The notes under the pieces were generated by a model, which saw only the letters and a list, made by a program, of their open reading frames with translations, made no database searches and was not told the origin of the DNA. Below are positions 39,332 to 47,866 of a stretch of DNA of 64,000 nucleotides, in pieces. The translations under genes and the position numbers were made by a program. The stretch spans positions 1 through 64,000 of IMG/VR virus record IMGVR_UViG_3300009034_000016; one strand, 5' to 3'. Origin of the DNA: a virus. Each line of letters opens with the position of its first letter. The stretch's first letter is position 1.

Positions 39332-39781
39332 ATGACAAAGTGTCTCAGTGGGGTTATGGTGTTACTGGTAGTGCTGTTTATGCCGCTATTAGTATTCGCC
39401 CAGGATGTAGAGGAGGTGTTTGGCATTGAGGAGATAGTTAGCAATCTCCTCGGGGCGGGGGGCTGGCCCTTAGCTTTGGCGGCACTCTTCTCCTTGGCGA
39501 TGGCGGTCCTGTTAGGTCGGCTCGGGTTCAAGGGGAAGTTGATAAAGATCCCCTGGGTAACGGAATGGCTGAAAGCTAAAATATCAGAGAAGCTATGGCC
39601 ATTAGTGATCATAGGCGTAGCCGGGCTTATAGGGCTATTCACTGCCTTGGGAACCGAGGAGGTGATGACCCTGGCGGTAGCGATATCCGGATTAATAGAG
39701 GGAATTCTATTTGGAGCAGCTTCAATCGGTTTGCACCAATTACAGCGCAAGACGGGCCAGGCCATAGCGGGAAAAGAGTAG
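39332..39781 (+). CDS. Multi-pass membrane protein (holin-like)
   Basis: AGGAGG RBS; signal-like N-terminus plus three hydrophobic segments. Confidence 0.55.
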   Translation: MTKCLSGVMVLLVVLFMPLLVFAQDVEEVFGIEEIVSNLLGAGGWPLALAALFSLAMAVLLGRLGFKGKLIKIPWVTEWLKAKISEKLWPLVIIGVAGLIGLFTALGTEEVMTLAVAISGLIEGILFGAASIGLHQLQRKTGQAIAGKE

Positions 39782-39825
39782 GGCCCCTTGATGCCTTTCA
39801 GATCAGGGGGCTAACCAAGGTTGCT

Positions 39826-40083
39826 ATGGTTTTGGTGGATAAATATCTCCCCGGGGAGACTGATTTAGACAAGGAGTTTAAAACCCATATAGTTTTTGTC
39901 CTGAACCGAGTCTTGGTCAACTATAATAGTATCCGGGATCCGGACAGGATAAAAAAGATCGGAAGACTACTCATGAGATTCGGAAGGGTGGCGCAGCTCT
40001 ATGGGAAGAAGAAAAAAGGTTATAGCCGTCTTAGGGACATTGCTTCTCAGCTTGATGACATTTTGGATGCCTTCGGCGGATGA
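39826..40083 (+). CDS. Hypothetical protein (start uncertain)
   Basis: Fills the operon gap in the frame of ORF 39595-40083. Confidence 0.4.
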   Translation: MVLVDKYLPGETDLDKEFKTHIVFVLNRVLVNYNSIRDPDRIKKIGRLLMRFGRVAQLYGKKKKGYSRLRDIASQLDDILDAFGG

Positions 40084-40417
40084 GAAAACAACTGGGCACT
40101 TTGATCCCGATGGATCCTGGCACCCCGAAGATCCCACGGTCGAGAATACCTACCAGATGCCGGATATCTCGGCAGGATTCCTTTTCGACCTGAAAGAATA
40201 TGGTATCTATCCCAGTCTGAGCGTAGAACTCCTTGATATGAGGAGAATTAAGATTGACTCTGGAGTGGCAGTCCAGAGGATATATCTCTACGGTGGATAC
40301 CGATGGACAAGTATTTTTGAACTCTCCACTGGGTTATGGGCTGGGATCTATATAATTGAGGACAAAGGAGGTGTAGGCTTCAATTACGGAATTGCGATGA
40401 CAATTATGAAATTTTAA
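40001..40417 (+). CDS. Secreted or outer-membrane beta-strand protein
   Basis: Signal peptide, alternating aromatic beta-strands, C-terminal Phe. Confidence 0.45.
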   Translation: MGRRKKVIAVLGTLLLSLMTFWMPSADEKTTGHFDPDGSWHPEDPTVENTYQMPDISAGFLFDLKEYGIYPSLSVELLDMRRIKIDSGVAVQRIYLYGGYRWTSIFELSTGLWAGIYIIEDKGGVGFNYGIAMTIMKF

Positions 40418-40468
40418 TTCTTCAACCTTCCCCAAATAACCTCAAATAAATTTAATAATATTACCATG

Positions 40469-40499
40469 AAATAGCCGGTATTAAATCGGCTATTTTTTT
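40469..40499 (+). terminator. Rho-independent terminator ending the late operon
   Basis: AAATAGCCGGT-ATTAA-ATCGGCTATTT followed by a T run. Confidence 0.8.
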
Positions 40500-40679
40500 G
40501 CCTTTTTATGGGTCTCGCAAATCCTTATTAAATGGAGCTTTTCTCCCTTTGTATTTTATTAAGCCTCCAATATTAAAGGGGTATTTTCTCCATTAATTTA
40601 TCCGATTAATATTTATAAATATATGAAATATAAAGGTTTTCTTATTTCTAATATTTCTTTTAAAATAGGTCGATTTTGC

Positions 40680-40708
40680 TTGACAACGGTTTGGGGATAT
40701 AATATAGT
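40680..40708 (+). promoter_or_regulatory. Sigma70-type early promoter
   Basis: TTGACA-N17-TATAGT after an AT-rich tract. Confidence 0.7.
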
Positions 40709-40715
40709 ATAGACA

Positions 40716-40842
40716 ATGAAGGAGCAAAAAAACATGGAGCAAAAAAAATTGAAAGAACAAACTCGAAGGCTCGGTTCTGCTGGGCTAAGAGTAATGGCTG
40801 GGGGTTTTGGGTTGCTCCATGTTTCCCCCGGCCATTTTTTTA
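40716..40842 (+). promoter_or_regulatory. Attenuator-like structured leader
   Basis: Terminator-like stem AATGGCTGGGGG/CCCCCGGCCATT + T run; its loop TTGCTCCATGTT is complementary to AACATGGAGCAA at 40731-40742. Confidence 0.5.
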
Positions 40843-40854
40843 CAGGAGGAGAAG

Positions 40855-41043
40855 ATGAAGAGGTATTTCGTTGAGAAAAGAGAAAATCAAATCATCGGGG
40901 GAGATAATCGCCACGGTTGGGCGGTTGTAGAGCGGATAGGCGATGTATGGGGAAAAAAGATGGATGCTTTGAAATACACTATAGCTGTGTATCCGACTCG
41001 GAAAGAGGCTCAACAAGAGGTTAAGGGGTTGAATCGATCATAA
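40855..41043 (+). CDS. Small early hypothetical protein
   Basis: AGGAGG RBS. Confidence 0.65.
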   Translation: MKRYFVEKRENQIIGGDNRHGWAVVERIGDVWGKKMDALKYTIAVYPTRKEAQQEVKGLNRS

Positions 41044-41087
41044 TGAGTACTTAACCCCGAAACTACCGGGGAAAGGAGGTAAAAAAA

Positions 41088-41459
41088 ATGTTGTGGATTA
41101 AAGATGTGATCAAAACAGAAAACGGGGTGCACTATATCCCCTCAAATTATCGTGAACTGATGGAAAAGGGCGAACAATATGAAACTATATGGTCGCTCGA
41201 TTCACAAGCTGAACGCTTGCGGAAAGAATGGGATAGTGGAAGCGGTTGGATTGAAGCCCCCATTTGTGTTAGTGTTGGGGATGCAGGATGCTCTTTTCTG
41301 GAGCCCTTCATATCGAAGCAAGAAGCTCTTGATTGGATTCGGGAGCAGGTTGGGAAAGAAAGAGTATATTTCAGTTGGAATGCAAATCAGGAATTGCGAG
41401 AAATGTTCCCCGAAATCCCAATACTTTCACAAGAACATTGGAAGGCATTGGGAAGCTAA
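41088..41459 (+). CDS. Early hypothetical protein
   Basis: AGGAGG RBS supplied by the junction repeat. Confidence 0.7.
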   Translation: MLWIKDVIKTENGVHYIPSNYRELMEKGEQYETIWSLDSQAERLRKEWDSGSGWIEAPICVSVGDAGCSFLEPFISKQEALDWIREQVGKERVYFSWNANQELREMFPEIPILSQEHWKALGS

Positions 41460-41498
41460 CCCCTGAGCTCTCCCCCCACCGGGGAAAGGAGGAGGAAG

Positions 41499-41681
41499 AT
41501 GGAGAAAATAGCATGGTTCAGAATAAAAAAGAGGGTTTTCGGTGATGGGTATCAGGTGAGAGTAAGAACTTTCACTGGAGAAGAAGATACTGTTGATATA
41601 ATCCCTGACCTCAGCCAAGCACAGCGTAAATTTGATAGTCTCCTTGAAAGTATGATACCTCTATCGGAAAGACCTATTTAA
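41499..41681 (+). CDS. Early hypothetical protein
   Basis: AGGAGG RBS supplied by the junction repeat. Confidence 0.65.
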   Translation: MEKIAWFRIKKRVFGDGYQVRVRTFTGEEDTVDIIPDLSQAQRKFDSLLESMIPLSERPI

Positions 41682-41718
41682 CCCCCGCTCTCCCTGAGCG
41701 GGAACAAAGGAGGAGAAG

Positions 41719-42174
41719 ATGGGGTTAAGAAAAGATAAATGGGTAAAGCGTTGGAAAGTGCCAGGCTCTAATGGTAATGGCAATTGGACTGTTGCCGTAG
41801 ATAAAGACGGTAACTACGGTTGCAGTTGTCCCAGGTGGAAATTTAAAAGGGAACTATGCCATCACATTCAACTTGTCAAGATGGGGGGCGGGGATAACAT
41901 TATCCCGTATGAGCGTCCAGAGTATATATTGGCAAGCGTTAATAAGCCTATATTGGATAGAGAAAAAAACAGGCTATTGGTCCCTCTAATAGGCATCCCC
42001 GATGCTCACATGATGCAAGCTACTATCTGCTTCCATCTACTCAAGAATGGCTATTCAATGGGTGAAGTAAGGGAATTAAGAAGGATTCCTAGTGAATGGA
42101 CAATAAAGGCCATATTCGCTCATATCAAAAGGCACGGAGAGGCAGAATACCCCGCAGGTTGGTATAACCATTAA
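41719..42174 (+). CDS. SWIM zinc-finger protein
   Basis: CSCPRW..LCHHI (CxC..CxH). Confidence 0.75.
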   Translation: MGLRKDKWVKRWKVPGSNGNGNWTVAVDKDGNYGCSCPRWKFKRELCHHIQLVKMGGGDNIIPYERPEYILASVNKPILDREKNRLLVPLIGIPDAHMMQATICFHLLKNGYSMGEVRELRRIPSEWTIKAIFAHIKRHGEAEYPAGWYNH

Positions 42175-42208
42175 CCCCTGAGCTTAGCTTGGGGAAGAAA
42201 GGAGGAAG

Positions 42209-43003
42209 TTGGAATTGATACCTAATAACTACGAGATGAAGAAGCAGGCGAGAATAGACCAATATAGAGAAAGAGCAGAGAAAGCCCGTGTTGAGTCAGA
42301 TTTGAAATACAAGGAAGCTAAGAGGATGGGGGAAGTAATTCCAATGGGACAACCAATCTTGATCGGACATCACTCAGAAAAAGCAGACCGAAATTATAGG
42401 GCACGGATTGATAAAAAAATTGATGGGTCTTATAGGGAATTAAAAAAAGCTGAGCATTACGAAAGGAAGGCCGAGGCAGCCGAAAAAAACAGGGCAATTA
42501 GTTCAGACGACCCGGAGGCAGTCCAGAAGCTCAAGGCCAAGATAGAGAAAGCCGAGAAATATCAGGCAAGGATGAAGCAGGTAAACCAAGCCTTTAAAAA
42601 GGGCGATGAGGCACTGAAAGCCCTGGGGCTAACAGATGAGGCCATTTACATAATGAAAGCCAAGATAGAAGGTGCTTACAGTTGGGAAAAACAGCCCTTC
42701 CCTTCATATTGCTTGACCAACAATAACGCTAACATCCGGCGAATGAAGAAACGGCTCGAAGACATTGAGAGCCAGCAAGGAGCTGAAAGCTCAGCCAAAC
42801 AATATGATGGCTTTGAGATAGTTGAAGACATAGAGGATAACAGGATCCGGATTCTATTTGATGGGAAGCCCCCGGAGAACATCAGAAGCATTTTAAAACA
42901 GTGTGGATTCCGCTGGAGCCCCTACAATAAAGCCTGGCAGAGACACTTAAACAATGCCGGTAGGGGTGCAGTCGAGCAGGCAATTAATTTGATGAATGCT
43001 TAA
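42209..43003 (+). CDS. DUF3560-domain protein
   Basis: PMGQPILIGHHSEKADR, ISSDDPEA, GFRWSP..AWQR. Confidence 0.85.
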   Translation: MELIPNNYEMKKQARIDQYRERAEKARVESDLKYKEAKRMGEVIPMGQPILIGHHSEKADRNYRARIDKKIDGSYRELKKAEHYERKAEAAEKNRAISSDDPEAVQKLKAKIEKAEKYQARMKQVNQAFKKGDEALKALGLTDEAIYIMKAKIEGAYSWEKQPFPSYCLTNNNANIRRMKKRLEDIESQQGAESSAKQYDGFEIVEDIEDNRIRILFDGKPPENIRSILKQCGFRWSPYNKAWQRHLNNAGRGAVEQAINLMNA

Positions 43004-43043
43004 CCCTGAGCTTAACCCCACCGGGGGCCTTGCTGAGAGGTTG

Positions 43044-44015
43044 ATGATGAATAGTAAAATAGTAAACATCCCAGGATATACAATAACAGCGAGGGAGAGA
43101 AAATCTAAGTATATCCATGAGTTCACGAAAACCCCGGCGGAAATTATATGTCCTCATTTCTGGGTTTTATCCCAGGGAAATCTTTGTCCCTTTGCCTGTT
43201 CCTATTGTTACCTGGAAGGGACTTTTAGGTGGGGTAATGCTAAGAGCGAAGCCCCGGTGGTCTTCGTAGATGATCCGGATAGTGAACAACCGACCCAGAG
43301 GGGAATGAAAAGGGAAGTCGAGGGCTGGCTTAATAAGCCGGGGAATTTAGTGTTGAATGCCGGCGAGCTCTCAGATGCCCTGGTCTTTGACCACTGGACA
43401 AAGATGTCAAGATGGTTGATCCCCCTATTCGGAGAACAGAGAAATCACAAGCTATTGCTATTGACAAAAAGCGATAATGTGAAGGGACTATTGGAACTGC
43501 CCCATAATGGGCAGACTATAGTTTCATTCTCCATAAATGCCCTGGAGGTATCTAAGAGATTTGAGGCTGGGGCGCCTCTTCCGACAGATAGACTGAGCGT
43601 TGCCAAGCTATGCCAGGATGCTGGATACCCAGTCAGGCTCAGGATAGATCCGATGATACCGGTCGAGGGATGGAAGGAGAAATATACTGAGTTGATGCGC
43701 TTAATTGGTGATCTTGAAATTAAACCTGAAAGGATAACCGTGGGATCCCTCCGGTATTTCCCGACTGTTCGGACGGCGGTGAAATCAAGCGACCGCCCGG
43801 GGAAGGATGTGTTTGACTATGGCCGGGAGTGGACGAAGGTAGACGGTAGGCTGAGAGTGGATTTTAATACCAGGATCGAGATGTATAGACTTGTTTTAGG
43901 CTATATAAAATTTTATCTTGACAAAATTGGTTTTGGGATTTGCAAAGAGACAGAAAAAGCCTGGGAAGAAATAGGCGAAGGAATTCCCAGGGGGGTATGT
44001 AATTGCACGACTTGA
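43044..44015 (+). CDS. Spore photoproduct lyase-like radical SAM protein
   Basis: CPFACSYCYL, AGELSDAL, LLLTKS, VSFSIN, RLRIDPMIP, LRY, ICKE, terminal CNC. Confidence 0.8.
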   Translation: MMNSKIVNIPGYTITARERKSKYIHEFTKTPAEIICPHFWVLSQGNLCPFACSYCYLEGTFRWGNAKSEAPVVFVDDPDSEQPTQRGMKREVEGWLNKPGNLVLNAGELSDALVFDHWTKMSRWLIPLFGEQRNHKLLLLTKSDNVKGLLELPHNGQTIVSFSINALEVSKRFEAGAPLPTDRLSVAKLCQDAGYPVRLRIDPMIPVEGWKEKYTELMRLIGDLEIKPERITVGSLRYFPTVRTAVKSSDRPGKDVFDYGREWTKVDGRLRVDFNTRIEMYRLVLGYIKFYLDKIGFGICKETEKAWEEIGEGIPRGVCNCTT

Positions 44016-44035
44016 AAAGAAAGGAGGCGATAACA

Positions 44036-44221
44036 ATGAGAAAAGGCGAGAAAATTAGAATAAGGTTGGGTGGTAACCGTTACTGGGTGACGATTCTTAA
44101 AATTAGAGAGGAGCTTCCTGGTGGCTGGTTTTTAAAGGTCAAGTTCGGGCAAGGAGCGATTCGGGATTTGGGGGTAAATCGCCATCCCATATATACGACG
44201 GGTAAGGAAATAAAAGAATAG
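44036..44221 (+). CDS. Small SH3-like hypothetical protein
   Basis: AGGAGG RBS before MRKGEKIRI. Confidence 0.55.
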   Translation: MRKGEKIRIRLGGNRYWVTILKIREELPGGWFLKVKFGQGAIRDLGVNRHPIYTTGKEIKE

Positions 44222-44374
44222 AGGGGGATTGAATATAAACCCTGCCCTGATAAGATTGAAAGTTATATATCAATATTGCCTGTTCAATCACCTCGCCCGG
44301 GGCCTGAGGTAAACTTCGAAACGGAGAAATTGCTCCCCGATTGCTCAGGCAATATTTCACAAGGAGGTTAGAGA

Positions 44375-44656
44375 GTGGATAAGATAAGCAAGATATTGTT
44401 AATCGAGGGGATCGTTTTATCATGCTGGGTATTTTGTTCCATTATGGAGGGGATGGGGGAAACCGCAGTCTTGGGAAAGTCACCCGTTGGGGACAATGAG
44501 AAGAGAAACATAGAGGTTGTTCTACCCAAAGGGACCTGGGATAACCTTGAACATATATCTAAGGTCAAAGGCATACCGATAGGGGAAATTATAGGGCAGG
44601 GGGTCGTGGCCTGGCATATTTATTGTGATCTAAAAAGTCAAGAGGAAGGGAGGTGA
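44375..44656 (+). CDS. Hypothetical protein with ribbon-helix-helix-like C-terminus
   Basis: AGGAGG RBS; IEVVLPKGTWDNLEHISKVKGIPIGEII. Confidence 0.4.
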   Translation: MDKISKILLIEGIVLSCWVFCSIMEGMGETAVLGKSPVGDNEKRNIEVVLPKGTWDNLEHISKVKGIPIGEIIGQGVVAWHIYCDLKSQEEGR

Positions 44657-44660
44657 AGCA

Positions 44661-45005
44661 GTGGAGCTAAAGCATTTGAATATTGACAGAAACGGATTTC
44701 GTTTGAGGGCAGAGATACAAGGCTTTGAGGTTGATATTAAACAAGGAGAAGGAACTGTCGAGGTTCCTATATGTATTGAGATTGAAAATAACAAGCGAAA
44801 GCCTCTTGGCTATGTTCGATTAATGGAGAATAAAATAACCGATAAAATAATTCTACAGATATGGCACTCAAGGAAGGAGTATAACGGTGCCTTGAAGCTA
44901 TTAAAATCTAAACTAATGTTTGCCGATGGAGGGGTATCAATAAACTATGTGAAGAAGTATGTTAAAACTTTGGGAGAGTGGGCCAAAGGGAGGAGGGTAG
45001 AATAA
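44661..45005 (+). CDS. Hypothetical protein
   Basis: GGAGG RBS. Confidence 0.55.
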   Translation: MELKHLNIDRNGFRLRAEIQGFEVDIKQGEGTVEVPICIEIENNKRKPLGYVRLMENKITDKIILQIWHSRKEYNGALKLLKSKLMFADGGVSINYVKKYVKTLGEWAKGRRVE

Positions 45006-45061
45006 AAAAGAAGATGGTTAACGACTGGAGGAAAAGGGTTTCCAGAAGAAAGGAGGATTAG

Positions 45062-45250
45062 ATGAAAGTAAGACTTAGTGACGACGAGTTAAAAAGTGCC
45101 GTCCTTGGATATCTCAATTCAAAGGGGATGGGGGTATCCCACGATAACCTGACAGTCAGGTTTGATAGGGTCGGGAAGAAGATAGTAGTTTTGGCTTCTA
45201 TTGATTTCGGTGGGAAGCCTGACGAAAAGCAGGCGATAGAAGATATTTAG
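45062..45250 (+). CDS. Hypothetical protein
   Basis: AGGAGG RBS. Confidence 0.6.
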   Translation: MKVRLSDDELKSAVLGYLNSKGMGVSHDNLTVRFDRVGKKIVVLASIDFGGKPDEKQAIEDI

Positions 45251-45270
45251 TAGAAAAGGAGGCGATTAAT

Positions 45271-46317
45271 ATGGCAGAAAAGAACAAAAAGGAAGTGACA
45301 GCACTGGAGAAGTATGATCCTAAAGAATACAATGTGCTGTTGCCGACAACTACCATCCGGCAGATTAGCCCTTTTCACAAGCCGACAGTAGAGATCGTTC
45401 AGCTCGACCCAGACCCGGAAGGGCCGGATGTCTATAAGCAGGACGACAAGGGGGAGAAGCTATCCCTCAGAAAAGCGGCGCTGATGAAATTCGCTGTTGC
45501 GGCCGGATTAGTGTGGGATTGGAAGAATACACGCCGGGTTGACGATGGCAAAGATCCTAATATAGTTAGATACTCAGCGGTAGCGGCTTTGAGAAAAGAA
45601 GACCTAACCTGGATACCGCTAAAGGCCGACAAGGAAATTGACCTGGTGGCGATCGAGGCCGATCTCAGAGAGAATGTGTATTTAAAAAAGGCGAAAAGAC
45701 TGAAGAAGGCAAACAAGCTTGACCAGTCAGTTGAGAACTACGTCTCATATAACGTAGAGCGAGACATGAGACAGAAGAGACTTCACAAGTGCCAGTTAGC
45801 CGAAACCGGAGCGATGCTCCGAGTGATCCGGAGCCTACTGGGCTTACCCCCAACCTTCACGCCAACTCAAATCCAGAAGCCGTTTGTGATGATGCGAGTG
45901 GCGTTCGATCCGGACATGCGAGACCCGGAGATTAGAAAGCTGCTCCTGGAGGAGGCTGGCAAGTCCATCGGGGCAGCCTACAATGGAACGGGATCGCCGG
46001 CTATGTTAACAGCAGGGTCCCTGGAAGAGATCGCTGGGGATGAAACCGAGGAACAATCAGCGATTGACATAGGAGCGGAGGTAGTGGACGAAAAAGAAAG
46101 CCATTGGCCAACTGCCGATGAGTTTAATGGGATGACCGCGTTGGACCAGGCAAATGTTTTGGAGAAGCTAATGACTGAGGTTAGCTTCGACCGGAAGAAA
46201 CTCAAGAACGCAGTGATCCCGGATTGGGCAAAGGAACATAGAATATTGTTTTTTGAGAAGCTCATGAGCGAACTCCTTGGACAGGAAGAGGAAAAGCTTC
46301 CTTTTGAAGAAAGTTAG
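45271..46317 (+). CDS. Putative recombination / ssDNA-annealing protein
   Basis: AETGAMLRVIRSLLGL motif, acidic tail; directly upstream of SbcD/SbcC (function inferred from context). Confidence 0.4.
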   Translation: MAEKNKKEVTALEKYDPKEYNVLLPTTTIRQISPFHKPTVEIVQLDPDPEGPDVYKQDDKGEKLSLRKAALMKFAVAAGLVWDWKNTRRVDDGKDPNIVRYSAVAALRKEDLTWIPLKADKEIDLVAIEADLRENVYLKKAKRLKKANKLDQSVENYVSYNVERDMRQKRLHKCQLAETGAMLRVIRSLLGLPPTFTPTQIQKPFVMMRVAFDPDMRDPEIRKLLLEEAGKSIGAAYNGTGSPAMLTAGSLEEIAGDETEEQSAIDIGAEVVDEKESHWPTADEFNGMTALDQANVLEKLMTEVSFDRKKLKNAVIPDWAKEHRILFFEKLMSELLGQEEEKLPFEES

Positions 46318-46408
46318 AAAAATCCGGATCGTTTGCTTTTTGATGGCGAGCAACTAATCCGGATAGGGGTCGGGGTCGGATGGTGGGGTTTAAGTCCGGC
46401 CCCGACCA

Positions 46409-47653
46409 ATGGAGAAAAAAACAATGAAGGTGAAGATATTACAGATCGGTGACATCCATCTGAGAAGCAAGCACTTGGATGAGAATCTAAAATGCTGTGA
46501 TTTTGCAGCTGGTAAGGCTGAGGAAGAAAAGCCTGACATCATAATGGTTACCGGAGATGTCTTCGATAGCCAGGTTGCTCTTGATAGCGAGGTAGTCCGA
46601 GCGGGAATTGAATTTCTTGGCCGCTTAGGAGACGTTGCCCCGATGATCATTGTCCAGGGGACAAGGACTCATGACCGTGATAGTCTTAAGGCCCTACAGA
46701 GACTCAAGACAGCACACGATGTCCATATATCGTTTGAGCCGGAGACGATTGTATTTACTGGTATTAGCTTTATAAAAACGGTTGCCGAGAATTATTCTCA
46801 GGCCAGCCACCTCAACGCCAAGCTCCTGATTAACACCCTACCCGCGCCCCCCCGCCTGGCCGGTGAAGGGAGTTTGGAAGAGCAGAGTCAGAACCTTGCC
46901 AGACACTTGGAAACGATAATCACGGGCTTCGGGGCATCGGCCGCAGAGCTCGATTGGCCACACGTGATCGCGGGACATATAAGCATAAAGGGGGCAAAAA
47001 TTTCAGATAAGCAGATAATGTTCGGAATGGACGCCGAGCTATCAAAGGAAGCTTTTGTCCCAGCGAAGGCGGACCTGATATGTCTGGCTCATATCCATGT
47101 AGCACAGAGAATCGGAGACAACATATTTTATTGCGGGTCTACATCCCGCCTGAACTACGGAGAGGACGAAGGCAAGGGGTTCTGGATGCATGAGTTGTCC
47201 TGGGGGAAGGAAAGAGATCCTGTCTCTCAACGATTTTGCGTGGATAGAAAGAGCAGATTCATAGAGACGCCGGCCAGGAAGATGATCTTGATTGAGGAGG
47301 ACCTGACCGGTGAGGGGATTGACAGATTCAGGAACGACCTTATAGGGGCTGACTTCGAGGACTGCTTTGTCCGGGTTAGATATCGGATTAAGGAAAAAGA
47401 CGTCCATCGGCTCGGGAGAAAAGAGGTTGAAGGTATAATGAATAAGAGTGGAGCTTACGAAGTAAAGATCGAGGTTGAGGTTGTCCCGGAATTGCGAGTG
47501 CGCTGCGAGAACCTGGTAACCGCCGGAACGCTGAGGCAGAAGATTGTAGCAATGCCCAGGGAGGAGCCCGTGCCCGAGTCGGTCTTGGAAAAAGCTGATA
47601 AGCTCGAGGACCTAAATAAGGAAGAGATAGAAACGGGGGTAATGGAATTATGA
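46409..47653 (+). CDS. sbcD: SbcD/Mre11-like metallophosphoesterase nuclease
   Basis: GDIH, GDVFD, GTRTHD, AGH, LAHIH motifs. Confidence 0.88.
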   Translation: MEKKTMKVKILQIGDIHLRSKHLDENLKCCDFAAGKAEEEKPDIIMVTGDVFDSQVALDSEVVRAGIEFLGRLGDVAPMIIVQGTRTHDRDSLKALQRLKTAHDVHISFEPETIVFTGISFIKTVAENYSQASHLNAKLLINTLPAPPRLAGEGSLEEQSQNLARHLETIITGFGASAAELDWPHVIAGHISIKGAKISDKQIMFGMDAELSKEAFVPAKADLICLAHIHVAQRIGDNIFYCGSTSRLNYGEDEGKGFWMHELSWGKERDPVSQRFCVDRKSRFIETPARKMILIEEDLTGEGIDRFRNDLIGADFEDCFVRVRYRIKEKDVHRLGRKEVEGIMNKSGAYEVKIEVEVVPELRVRCENLVTAGTLRQKIVAMPREEPVPESVLEKADKLEDLNKEEIETGVMEL

Positions 47654-47866
47654 GCCAAGGAGAGGTAGCATGACTATGGACGTTCCTCTTATTAAGAGAC
47701 GAGAAATGGTTATTAAGAATAAACAGACCAAGAGAAGGAGCAAGCCAGAATATTGAGAAGGAAAAATAGAAAATGATAAAACTTATTTTGGTATTGATTT
47801 TATTTCTATTTAACATTGTTCTCGGCCTTAAACTGGCCAGGCTGCATAGAGAGGATAGGTGGAAAA

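Larger units (their letters stand above)
41051..43030 (+). repeat. Five dispersed intergenic junction repeats YTAACCC-hairpin-GGG(G)..AAAGGAGG
   Basis: Copies at 41051, 41456, 41678, 42171 and 43000; in four of them the TAA is the upstream stop codon. Confidence 0.8.

Noticed and set aside
40500-40680. attP site or genome terminus in the AT-rich gap
   Set aside because: No integrase or repeated core visible; the AT-richness is explained by the terminator and promoter UP region
41051-43040. CRISPR array or true integron attC array
   Set aside because: Repeats are degenerate and separated by whole genes; no cas or intI gene; elements are ~30-45 bp and lack the GTTRRRY core
44245-44340. Hammerhead ribozyme (CTGA..GAAAC)
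   Set aside because: The core is CTGATAAG or CTGAGGT rather than CTGANGA with a proper stem II, and no NUH follows stem III
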